A stretch of 64,000 nucleotides of DNA from assembly GCF_001194135.2 (NCBI RefSeq), contig NC_068995.1, positions 29,914,872 to 29,978,871 of the forward strand, given 5' to 3'. The stretch comes from Octopus bimaculoides. Lineage: Eukaryota. Made by a program: the position numbers and the translations under genes. This document shows positions 52,944 through 64,000 of this stretch, piece after piece (positions within the stretch are counted from its first letter, which is position 1; each line of letters begins with the position of its first letter). The notes under the pieces are model-generated. The model ran no database searches and was not told the DNA's origin. It saw only the letters and a list, made by a program, of their open reading frames with translations.

Positions 52944-53284
52944 TGATAGATCCAGGGATCGAGGTGTAGGAAGAAAGTTAGCTTCAAGCAATCCGAAGTA
53001 AGAATAAAAAAACAACTTTCAGAGACAATAGTAGTTTATTGAGACTGAAGGTTGTGGATATTTTTCGTATCGAAGTACGATAAAAGAAAGAAAGTTATTT
53101 TTATATTTCACGGTAGGCGACCAGGGTATGCGAATTAGAATATAAGAGATAAGGAATAGAATAGATAAGATCCGGTCCATATTTTTCATAGCGAGCAGAA
53201 CCTCGGAAATGATAAATATCCAAGTGAGGTGTATACCGCAGGCTACTCTTCAGGCCAAGTATATCTTGATTAAATGAAAGTTTC

Positions 53285-53348
<64 letters not shown>

Positions 53349-53658
53349 CATACATGTACATACGTATGTGTCTGTAAATGTTAATGTATATATACGTTTT
53401 ATGTCTACATTATAATATGGATATATCATAATATGTATGTGTGTGTGTGTGTGTGTGGAATCACCAAGCTCGCACGTACTTCTTTGCCCCTCCTGTACGT
53501 GCTTCACAGCGTTCAAGACATACACACTTCACGTCTGGCTGTACAGCCCTTTTGTTTGTTTATTTCACCGTTTCGTTTCCCTGTCTTGTTTTCCGTCCGC
53601 CACTACCCTCCACGAAAACAATTTAATTTGTGTTCGTGGGAAGAACCATTTTAACGAT

Positions 53659-53718
53659 GCGTACTGCCTTAATTCTTCGAAACGCCGGAGTTTTAATGGT
53701 GGCAGCTGATGAAGGGGA
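53659..53718 (+). ncRNA. Candidate non-circularly permuted hammerhead ribozyme
   Basis: GCGU-A-CUGCC (53659-53668), UCUUC-GAA-ACGC (53674-53685), GGCAG-CUGAUGA-A-GGGGA (53701-53718): helix III GCGU/ACGC, helix I CUGCC/GGCAG, helix II GGGGA/UCUUC; all core nucleotides present. Confidence 0.6.
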
Positions 53719-54131
53719 TGTTTCTATGTGGCCTGCTTGTTTGTTGCACCTTGTTTACCATTTTTGTCCTTGTNNNNNNNNNNNNNNNNNNNNNNNNNNN
53801 NNNNNNNNNNNNNNNNNNNNNNNNNNNNNNNNNNNNNNNNNNNNNNNNNNNNNNNNNNNNNNNNNNNNNNNNNNNNNNNNNNNNNNNNNNNNNNNNNNNN
53901 NNNNNNNNNNNNNNNNNNNNNNNNNNNNNNNNNNNNNNNNNNNNNNNNNNNNNNNNNNNNNNNNNNNNNNNNNNNNNNNNNNNNNNNNNNNNNNNNNNNN
54001 NNNNNNNNNNNNNNNNNNNNNNNNNNNNNNNNNNNNNNNNNNNNNNNNNNNNNNNNNNNNNNNNNNNNNNNNNNNNNNNNNNNNNNNNNNNNNNNNNNNN
54101 NNNNNNNNNNNNNNNNNNNNNNNNNNNNNNN

Positions 54132-55878
54132 GGATTATCTAAGTCAAGTTTTGTTTATGGTCCATTCAAGTAGTGAGTTCTTGTTGACTGAGTTGGTCCA
54201 GGTGTGGGTGGCTTATCTGGTATTCCTTGAAGAAATCTGTCCAGACTCCGTTTAAAGGTGATGGGATCCTTTTCCTCTTTGATCAGTTTAGGGACAATGT
54301 TAAACAGGGCAGGGCCTGTTGAGGAAAAGAAATTGTGTCGCAGTGTACCTATATGTAGTGATCCTGAATTGGGCAGGGGACGTATGGCCCGTGGTCCCAA
54401 CCTTGGATGAACCTTGAAACTAATGTTCAGGTCGTTTGGGCAATGCTGGCGGTATATTCTCCACATCATACAAATGACGTACCGCTCGCAGCGGCGCTGG
54501 AGAGAGTAGAGTTTCACGGCTTTAAGGTGGTTCCAGTAATCGAGATCAGTCATGCCTTCAATTCGTTTAGTGAGTGCCCTCTGGGGTGATTCAATCTTCG
54601 AGATGTTTTGTTTTGTATGGGGAAACCACAAGGGGCAGCAGTATTCGAGGTGTCGCCGTACAAAGGAGGAGAAAAGTGGAATGATGATACCTTGTTCTCT
54701 GGACCGGAAGGTTCTTAAGATCCAGCAGCTCATCCCACGAGCTATATCGACCTTATCGTTGATGTGGGCACTCCAACTGAGATTGTTGTCAACAATTACA
54801 CCTAGGTCTCTGATATTATTAGATGCTGTGAGCGGTTCCCTTGAAGAAAGAGAGTATGGCTGTTTTAGTTTAGTCTTTCTTCCAAAATGCATCAGCTTAA
54901 ATTTTCCCTCGTTTAGTTGCATTTTGTTTTTGTCTGCCATTGACTCACAGCATATAGATCAGACTGGAGTTGAGTTCGGTCTTCTTCATTGATGATTTCC
55001 TGGAGCTTAGTGTCATCAGCAAATATTTTCACTTTGCAGTGATTTACGTCGCTGGAAAGGTCGTTTATATACATTATAAAGAGGAGCGGGCCGAAGACAG
55101 TCCCCCGAGGGACACCGCTGGTGACTTTTGCTGGGCTTGACTGGACTCCATCGACCACAACATGTTGTGTTCTATACACCAGGAAATATTTAATCTAATA
55201 TAGAAGTTTTCCACGGGTTCCAACATTTGCCAATTTTGAGAGTAAGATATTATGGTCAACCCTGTCGAACGCTTTACAGAAGTCAAGATATATGACGTCA
55301 GAGTTCGAACCTGTTCCCAAGGCTTTAAGTATATCCTCAATGCGGTGCAAGAGCTGTGTTAGACAGTCCCTGCCACAACGAAAGTCATGCTGATTTGCAC
55401 TTAGGAATTTGTGGATCTCCAGGAAGTCAGCTGTCCTTGATCTTACCACCCTTTCAAACACTTTAATGATGTGGGAGGTGAGTGAGATTGGGTGATAGTT
55501 GACTGCGACGGATCTGTCTCCCTGTTTGAAAAGCGGGATGACAGACTGGGATAGGAGCTGCTTCAGTATAAAACCTGAGTCTAAAGAATTTCTCCAGGGG
55601 TTGGTCAAAGGGACTGCAAGTTGGTGTCTACATTCCTTCAGGAGACTAGCAGGGAATCTATCAGAGCCTACAGCAGAATAGTATTTGACCTCATTTATTG
55701 CTGCTATGATGTCTGAGGCAGTGAAGGTTATGTCCGAGATTTTATGTTGGGAATCAACTTCGTTCGTTTCTCTTATGTCAATATCAGTGGGATCACTAAA
55801 GACAGAGTAGTATTGTTTCTGCAGTATTTCCGCCATTTCTTTAGCATCGTGTTGGGGAATGCCGTTATCATCGATCAT
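54132..55878 (-). mobile_element. 5'-truncated CR1-clade LINE; nearly complete RT domain (pseudogene)
   Basis: NYHPISLTSHIIKVFERVV, NQHDFR.GR.CLTQL, DVIYLDFCKAFDRVDH, SGVPRGTVFGPLLFIMYINDL, KIFADDTKL, RDLGVIVDNNLSW, LEYCCPLW, YSLQRRCERY. One in-frame TAG at 55195-55197 and about two frameshifts. Confidence 0.95.
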
Positions 55879-56364
55879 GCATAAATATATATACATAACA
55901 CATATGGACATGTATATGTGTTTGCTTGTGTGTGTATGTTCAGTTTTCAATAGTATATATTGTTTTCAAGACGAGACCAATTATTTTTTATATAATTATA
56001 TTTGAAATATTTCGTATTATTTAGAATGTGTGCTAATAACATTACTATTTCATCAGCATGCTCTGTTAAGGAATAAATCATCCAGTCCTTTTCTGCTCTT
56101 TTGCGATACTTTTTCTACCAAGACACAATGGCGAACTACCACAGTGGATTATATGAAAGTATAAGCAGCTATACTTGAGTTTTTAAATACTGAGACAAGC
56201 ACCCCAGCAAATGTGAGTACCACAGCAAATCTGCTACGCATGTTCAAGCGGACAGAATGATTGGTTGAACAAAACGTGCAGGTCAGTGTTTTTGTTATAC
56301 TTATGAATGGAGATCGTCACAGCGGCTGCTGCTTTTGCAATGTTAATAATTAGAGTTTTTTTTT

Positions 56365-56560
56365 TCTGCCATGATCAAACACAGGCCTACAAGCCTCTAT
56401 TCTGCATGTAGACTAGTTCAACATCATGAAACTATATCCACACTCTGTCCCCCAAATGATGGGCTAACTTCCACGGACAGTGACGAAGGTGCAATTGATG
56501 GATGTGCTGGACTTCTACAGATACTTTGGAATAGATACTTTGGAACCAAGGTGATTTACT
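56365..56560 (-). mobile_element. Degenerate hAT transposase C-terminal dimerisation remnant
   Basis: Minus frame PSIAPSSLSVEVS...IVS*C*TSLHAE*RLVGLCLIM resembles the hAT pattern IP.SS..VERSFS....I.T..R.SL..E.L..L.LI. Confidence 0.4.
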
Positions 56561-56973
56561 CAACAGCTTTTGTTAGAGACTTCTCGTGGCAATTTATTTG
56601 ACCAAAACCTGCAAATGAGTCTCTATCGAAAGTAAAACTTTAATTTGGCGACGTGCTGTAAGATTCTCCACTGCATTGTCAATGATATCAATTAAATGTT
56701 CAGAAAAGTGTTCGAGACTCAACGATTCATTACAAATAAACTTGAAAGCAGATCTATTTGATACCGGAAATGTAAAGCTATGTTGCCCCATTGTCCATTC
56801 TATCCAGTTAAAAGAAACACAATGACTTGACTGTTTCTATCAATTAAATCACTGTGAGGATTTGATAGTTATTGACATACTAATGGGCGTGCAAGCAGGA
56901 TTTTCAAACAACTGCTTTCTTACATGCACACACACACACACACACACGCACACACACACACACACACACACTT

Positions 56974-57008
<35 letters not shown>

Positions 57009-57300
57009 CATTCTTTTATCTTTTTCTTTGCTTCAGTCATGCGACTGCTATATCAAGTTTATGAGAAAAAATTATATTCACAAAACTTTGTATATTCTTC
57101 AATTACATCAGCATAAGTAAATCTATGATGCACAAAATGAGATTATATGTAAGTGTATATGGTGGAAGTAATAGTATTTCGCCCATGTCTATTCCGTCTT
57201 GAAAACTCACTGGGGTCGAATTTTCAGCAACAACAACAGCAGCAACGTGTCCGGCCGTGCCAAGAGCAACGGCAGCGACAGCGGCGGCAACAACAATAGT

Positions 57301-57580
57301 TGCACCTCCAGTAATGGAAGGACACATTCATGGGAATATGTTGCAGTAATGGAGGACCCCTTTAAGCGATGATTAAGTAACCACGGTCCCTCTTTTCGGA
57401 TCTCTGAGAGTCACAACGTTACGCCTTTGAACAACTGCATATGGCGTTTAAAAGAAGAGAAAGCACCGTACAGGATTAAATAGAAGCTCTTGTAACAGCC
57501 CGGACTATGCCTCTACGACAGCAAACGATGCAATCGTGTCAGAGTTATGGAATTCCCCACTTGCTGATTAATGAACAGAA
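57301..57580 (+). mobile_element. Penelope-like GIY-YIG remnant (degenerate)
   Basis: WEYVAVMEDPFKR*LSNHGPSFR...VTPLNNCIWRLKEEKAPYRIK*...YDSKRCN: same motif order as the 31040 fragment. Confidence 0.7.
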
Positions 57581-58499
57581 ATCGTACATAAACTGACCCT
57601 TATTGGAACCAACTGGAACCAAAGGGAGATAACCCCATCTCACTCAGAAAGGGTTTTCGTTTCGAAGATTTTTATTTCAGGCTTTTTTTTTTTTCACGAC
57701 CCTGGCTGAGCAAGACTGTATTCTCAACTTCGTTAGTAATACGGTCATGTGCCTCAGGCCTCCAGCTCTGGTGAGTCGTCTACATAGCTAAAAGCATAAC
57801 AGACGCGAAACTAAAGGTTACTTTCTGACCGGCCTCAATCAACGACTGCTTTAGCTGAAATTTATATNNNNNNNNNNNNNNNNNNNNNNNNNNNNNNNNN
57901 NNNNNNNNNNNNNNNNNNNNNNNNNNNNNNNNNNNNNNNNNNNNNNNNNNNNNNNNNNNNNNNNNNNNNNNNNNNNNNNNNNNNNNNNNNNNNNNNNNNN
58001 NNNNNNNNNNNNNNNNNNNNNNNNNNNNNNNNNNNNNNNNNNNNNNNNNNNNNNNNNNNNNNNNNNNNNNNNNNNNNNNNNNNNNNNNNNNNNNNNNNNN
58101 NNNNNNNNNNNNNNNNNNNNNNNNNNNNNNNNNNNNNNNNNNNNNNNNNNNNNNNNNNNNNNNNNNNNNNNNNNNNNNNNNNNNNNNNNNNNNNNNNNNN
58201 NNNNNNNNNNNNNNNNNNNNNNNNNNNNNNNNNNNNNNNNNNNNNNNNNNNNNNNNNNNNNNNNNNNNNNNNNNNNNNNNNNNNNNNNNNNNNNNNNNNN
58301 NNNNNNNNNNNNNNNNNNNNNNNNNNNNNNNNNNNNNNNNNNNNNNNNNNNNNNNNNNNNNNNNNNNNNNNNNNNNNNNNNNNNNNNNNNNNNNNNNNNN
58401 NNNNNNNNNNNNNNNNNNNNNNNNNNNNNNNNNNNNNNNNNNNNNNNNNNNNNNNNNNNNNNNNNNNNNNNNNNNNNNNNNNNNNNNNNNNNNNNNNNN

Positions 58500-58560
<61 letters not shown>

Positions 58561-59036
58561 TGAGAGAGAGAGAGAGTGAGAGAGAGAGAGAGAAATTGAA
58601 CCTGAAACCACGTGATGCCAAGCAAACCTCTTAATCACATAGCCATGCTTGTAATTTAACCGGAAGTCACTTAAAAAAAAACTGTATAGTGAAGCATTAA
58701 CGACAAACAGCCAACTAGTTTGTTATAGAAACGTATAAGTTGATGTTACATTTTTGGTTACAGTTCTAGTAAGAATGTCTTAAAGAAAATGTCTGCTTTA
58801 AGAACGAAGTTTCTAGAATCTGAGACGAAATCTTTTTGAGACGTTAACTCAGTTATTTTAATGACATTCTTCAGATGCTGTGTGCAAATGTCAATGTAAG
58901 TGATACATTCTTACCAAATAATGTACATATTAAAGATCTAGCGATCCGAAGCGCTTTATGTGGATTTGCATGACAATATCTAACAACGAAATATCACTCT
59001 AAATTCATACCATTTGTGAGACATGGAAAAAACAAC

Positions 59037-59083
59037 ATTATTATTATTATTATTATTATTAATAATAATAATATTATTATTAC

Positions 59084-59165
<82 letters not shown>
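59037..59165. repeat. (TTA)n/(GTA)n microsatellite
   Basis: Direct inspection. Confidence 0.95.
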
Positions 59166-59166
<1 letters not shown>

Positions 59167-59169
59167 TAG

Positions 59170-59890
59170 CGGTGGATTGACAGAAAACATTAGAGCGAGG
59201 GATAAAGTGTCTTATGTTATTTATGCCGGTGCTTTATATTCTAAGTTCAAATCCAGCCAAGATCGATGTTACCATTCTTCCAATCTCGGGTAATGAATTT
59301 GCAAAAACGCCAGAGGGTTGGATGTGAATTTTTGCGTTGCTTTGGCTTTTCTCGTTCTAGTTTGAAATCTCATTGTAGCCTACCAGGGTTTGTAGACTTG
59401 GTCCGTCATTCTGTTTCACAACACCACATGGAAATTTAGATATCTTTAGAGGGGTCCACTCAATTGCAAGCATTTGGGCCTTCTTCTACCAGTCTTGGAG
59501 GTCCCGTAAAATGCCATAGATACTTCTCTTGCTTCTTGGCTAAAATGAAAAAAATAATTGAGTTCAAGTCTTACCGATATAAACTTTGCTTTTTATCCTT
59601 CCGTGTTCAATAAAATGAAGTACCAGTCAAGTACTGAGGTCTATGGTATTGACTTACGCCTTCACTGAAAACTGATAACATTTCATCTGTTACAAACAAT
59701 TAGTCAAATGATAGATTGGTAGAATCGATAGAGCATCCAACAAAATGCATTGCCGTTTTTGCTTCTTTTTTGTATTTTTTTTTTTTTTGCACTTTATGTT
59801 CACTTTTCAAATTTCGCAGAGCTCAACTTTTACTTTCAAGAGTGATAAAGTAAAGTACTAGTCATGTATTGAAGTCGATATAACCAAATG
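59170..59890 (+). mobile_element. Cluster of three degenerate SINE family A fragments
   Basis: Repeated AAGTTCAA(A/G)TC...ATAAA.TTTGCTTTT.ATCCTT...AATAAAATGAAGTACCAG-like segments at about 59170-59290, 59530-59690 and 59705-59890. Confidence 0.55.
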
Positions 59891-61020
59891 TTAGGTCGTG
59901 TGACTACGTTAGAAACAATTATCTGCAATCATGAGTCAAGAGTAGAACCGAGGTTGGGTGCCTAGCATTTAGAATGTTGCCAGACACTCACAGCACTCTA
60001 CCAACTGGTCAAAGCCATCGACAGGATGACAACTCTGGTATTCTACAGCGGATTAGTGGAGGGTGTGCGCATCAATGGTCTGGGTGTTGTCGATAGCAGT
60101 CTGAGTAGTAACTTTTGAGAGACTTTCAAGTTGGAGATTATAGACAACCTCAAAACTACTCACAATGGCAAAGCTGTAGGTTGGAGGGGAGAAGTATAAT
60201 TTGTTCGAAACAAGATCCTACAGGAATGAAAGTGCAAACAATTAAACTTGTCCGTGATGCATGGATGGAAACAAAATTGTTCTGCACGCTACCATTCAGT
60301 ACTCATGCACTACTGACCTGAAGGCTTGTATCGAACAGCTGATGTCTCGTGTGAGATGAATCCAACTAAGTCGAATCTATAGTGAAACTCAAGTGTTACC
60401 TTCCTTTGGCAGAGAAGGACAACCAGTCTTATAGCTATAGCAGAATAAGTGGTGTGGTGTGGTGTGGTGTGGTGTGGTGAGCTTGTCTGGAAAGTTTGAA
60501 GGCAGGCATTTCCCTCTCTAGCCAAGTTCCCAATATCTTCTCCCAGTAACACTTGAAGAGGGAAATTAGAGGTAGAGAAGGAGGTATGAATTTGTTGTGT
60601 TTCAGGAAAGAGGGGTAAGATAGGCGTGACTGATGAAACTAAATAGGTCTCTACTGAACATATATTCTTAAGCTGGGCNNNNNNNNNNNNNNNNNNNNNN
60701 NNNNNNNNNNNNNNNNNNNNNNNNNNNNNNNNNNNNNNNNNNNNNNNNNNNNNNNNNNNNNNNNNNNNNNNNNNNNNNNNNNNNNNNNNNNNNNNNNNNN
60801 NNNNNNNNNNNNNNNNNNNNNNNNNNNNNNNNNNNNNNNNNNNNNNNNNNNNNNNNNNNNNNNNNNNNNNNNNNNNNNNNNNNNNNNNNNNNNNNNNNNN
60901 NNNNNNNNNNNNNNNNNNNNNNNNNNNNNNNNNNNNNNNNNNNNNNNNNNNNNNNNNNCCTCCTTCTCCTCTTCCTCCTCCTCCTCCTCCTCCTCCTCCT
61001 CATTATTATTATCATTATTA

Positions 61021-61064
<44 letters not shown>

Positions 61065-61081
61065 GTTATTATTATTATTAT

Positions 61082-61407
61082 TGAGTAAGAGAGCAGTGCA
61101 TGCCATCAAAGTGACACTGCGGTACAAATATACGAAGCCCAGTATAACCATCATGACTACCCGTCTAATAAAGATACACTGGGCACAAGCATCACAACCA
61201 TATGTGCGCGACATGGTAATCTCATATCAAGATAAACAGCGCATGACATTGCGGGTAGGGCCCAGTTACAATTTTCATCAGGTCGAGCAGCCCATCCCGC
61301 TCAAGAAGTCCTTGAATAAAGGTTGTTTAAGGATGTTGGACGAAACACCTATGTTTCCAGAGGTGAATTATTCAAACCTCAAAGAATTTCCTCTCAACAC
61401 ATGGCTA
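61082..61407 (-). mobile_element. Family D repeat, 3' fragment
   Basis: Homologous to 47491-47810; followed on the minus strand by a long (AAT)n. Confidence 0.8.
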
Positions 61408-61418
61408 TTATTATTAAT

Positions 61419-61601
61419 AATCGTTAGCACGCTAGACGAAATACTTATAGGTATTTCGCCCGTCGCTACGTTCCACTGAAGTCGACTTAGCCTTTCATCC
61501 TTTCGGGGTCGATAAAATAAATGCCAGTGAAACACAGGGGTCGATGTAATCGATTTATCCCCTCCCACAAGATGGCTGCCCTTGTGGCAAAATTTGAAAC
61601 C
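61419..61601 (+). mobile_element. SINE family A, 5'-truncated and internally deleted
   Basis: AATCGTTAGCACGC...GTCGACTTAGCCTTTCATCCTTTCGGGGTCGATAAAATAAATGCCAG...AAATTTGAAACC. Confidence 0.85.
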
Positions 61602-61861
61602 ATTATCATTATTAATGGCGGTAAGCTGTCAGAATTGCTAGTGTCGGAAAACAGTAGAGATGTTTATTTTTCACTTTTGAAACGTAATACTGAAATAGTG
61701 TAAGAGATAAGAGATTGCTCCGGGCTTGCCTTAGGCAAGAAGTTGAAAATTTTGTGGGGATGGGCATGACACTGCATGGACCCTAAGTAAAGCATGTGTA
61801 AAATTTGAATGAAATCGGTTGGGTAATTCTCAAGTTTTAATGATGCGCACACACGCGCGCG

Positions 61862-61895
<34 letters not shown>

Positions 61896-61899
<4 letters not shown>

Positions 61900-62402
61900 A
61901 TACACATAGAAGCACACAAACAGCATAAACATAAAAGGTGAAATAGACAAACACGAAGGTATACATGCTTACAAAATTACATATACAGCGTACACACACT
62001 CATATATATATATGTGTGTAAANNNNNNNNNNNNNNNNNNNNNNNNNNNNNNNNNNNNNNNNNNNNNNNNNNNNNNNNNNNNGTGTGTGTGTGTGTGTAC
62101 ACACACACACACACATTCTCAGTTTTATATATATAGTGAAGTAAACATCTTCGATGAGACACCCTTTCCCGCTCAAGCAAAGATCGAAAATCGATTAAGG
62201 CAATTAGTCCTTTTTTTTTCCATTCTCTGCAGAGAAATAGTTAAATTTGCCATATTTGTTTGTGTACAATATAGATTTACACACATATATATATATGAGT
62301 GTGTGTACGCTGTATATGTAATTTTGTAAGCATGTATACCTTCGTGTTTGTCTATTTCACCTTTTATGTTTATGCTGTTTGTGTGCTTCTATGTGTATCA
62401 TG
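61896..62402. repeat. Perfect 127-bp inverted repeat (61896-62022 vs 62276-62402) straddling an N-gap
   Basis: Base-by-base reverse-complement identity, including the (AT)6 tract; the left arm ends exactly at the gap. Confidence 0.9.
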
Positions 62403-63084
62403 GAAGGGGCGTGGATATGAGGAAAAAATTCCGAATTTCTGAGCTTGATTAATGAGGCCAGCGGTTGATAGATAACAATCTTTGGTAGAAGTAGTTATCT
62501 ACCTATTTTTTTTTAACCCATTTCTTTTCTACTGATGACCAGGATACGCATACACATATACAAGCACACGCAAGCATACATATATTAACGACGACGTGCG
62601 TGTGCATATGTATGTATAGATAGATGGACAATTCATATATATATAGATAGGTGTAAACAAGTATACTTGTATATGTGGAGATTGGATGCATATCTATGTA
62701 CGTGCGTGTGCGCGTGTGCGGTATATAAACTTAGATGAAAGGTTTCCGGAATTGTAGGAAAATATTAATTTCGTCTTCTAATGTATGCTGAACCGATTGG
62801 CCAGCCAGCTGTGTATATACTAATCAGCTAATTACCCATCAGTTATGTGTATAGTGAGGAAAAGGTAGTGTCAACATATTTAATGTAGTGAGTTAAGATA
62901 TGATATTTTAGTTAACTGAAATTACAACTTTAGTAAAGAGATAATCAGTTTACAAATTATTAATTTACTAATGAATTAATTCTGGTCAACAAAGACAAAG
63001 AAAGAAAATACCGAAATTTTAATTAGAATGAATTAACAAAGAATGTAAGCAAGGAAGGGGTGAGGTAGTCTGACCTTGGTAGTA

Positions 63085-63126
63085 CTGTGGGACTGTTTCG
63101 GTCTTGTTAGACATCTTCAGCAAAAG
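63085..63126 (-). ncRNA. Minimal type I hammerhead-like motif (different family), helices partly decayed
   Basis: CUUUUG-CUGAAGA-UGUCU(aaca)AGACC-GAA-AC(A)GU-C-CCACAG: core intact, GUC site, helix II 4 bp plus a U.C base mismatch, helix I 4/6 pairs. Confidence 0.5.
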
Positions 63127-63631
63127 ATAGCAATCACCAATACTGCCAGATAACAATGATCCAGGGAGTACCTTCTGCCTTTCTTCATCAGACCATTTAA
63201 TGTAATGATTCTGTTTCTTCGTCACGGGTGTAACATTACTTGAAATCACTTACTACACTAACACCGAACTCTGATTTTCATGCAAAGCATGCACCTCACT
63301 ACTCTTCCCCCATCCTTTTAACCTACACTCTGTATTGTATACAGTCGATCACCCAGCATACATGCGTATATAAACTTTTACACAATATGTGGAACTGACT
63401 AGTCGCCCAGCTATGCGTATGTATTATATACAGCCGACCACCCATCAGATATTATAAGTAAAGTGCGTTGAACTGATTATTCATCCAGATGTGTATACAG
63501 CTGATCATCCAAACAACAACGTGTAAAAAATGTTGAACTGGTTACTTACCCAGATATATGTGTCCACTGTTTAGCGCTCATTACCCACACGATATGTGTA
63601 GAATATGTTGAACAGATTACACCCTGATTTT

Positions 63632-63662
<31 letters not shown>

Positions 63663-63744
63663 GTATCATATACAATTGATCACCACACACTCTATCCAGT
63701 GTGTTGAATCGACCACTCACCAGGTGTGTGTATATATTATAAGC

Positions 63745-63841
63745 AGGCGTAGGAGTGGCTGTGTGGTAAGTAGCTTGCTTACCAACCACATGTTTCCGGG
63801 TTCAGTCCCACTGCGTGGCACCTTGGGCAAGTGTCTTCTAC

Positions 63842-63925
<84 letters not shown>

Positions 63926-64000
63926 TGTGTCTGTGTTTGTCCCCCCAATATCGCTTGACAACCGATGCTGGTGTGTTTACGGCCCCCGTAACTTAGCGGT
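63745..64000 (+). mobile_element. SINE family B, internally deleted, runs off the window
   Basis: AGGCGTAGGAGTGGCTGTGTGGTAAGTAGCTTGC...GGGTTCAGTCCCACTGCGTGGCACCTTGGGCAAGTGTCTTCTACT, (TG)n, then body sequence. Confidence 0.9.

Noticed and set aside
59940-60220. Possible RTE 3' fragment
   Set aside because: Only vague motif echoes across several frameshifts; not supportable by eye.
63150-63249. HYIKWSDEERQKV read as a pogo-type HTH start
   Set aside because: Too short, and the downstream residues do not continue any transposase pattern.

Overview
AT-rich eukaryotic (animal) draft-scaffold sequence with 13 N-gaps and dense microsatellites. I recognise no host protein-coding gene; most ORFs in the track are microsatellite or gap artefacts. 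The repeat content (several tRNA-derived SINE families, TTAGGG-type repeats, many di-, tri- and tetranucleotide tracts) best fits an octopus genome, which is my inference. The window holds many decayed transposons: a nearly continuous CR1-type LINE RT (54.1-55.9 kb), an R4/Dong-like RLE LINE flanked by (TATG)n (39.9-41.8 kb), Tx1/L1, RTE and CRE fragments, three Penelope-like GIY-YIG remnants, a long-TIR mariner, a pogo-like element, hAT remnants and about a dozen SINE copies. The most interesting signal is at the RNA level. There are four canonical-order minimal type I hammerhead ribozyme motifs, one downstream of a tRNA-like head. At 53659-53718 there is a hammerhead whose three strands are all present and complementary but occur in a non-circularly permuted (pseudoknotted) order. 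All ribozyme calls are by-eye folds, not activity data.
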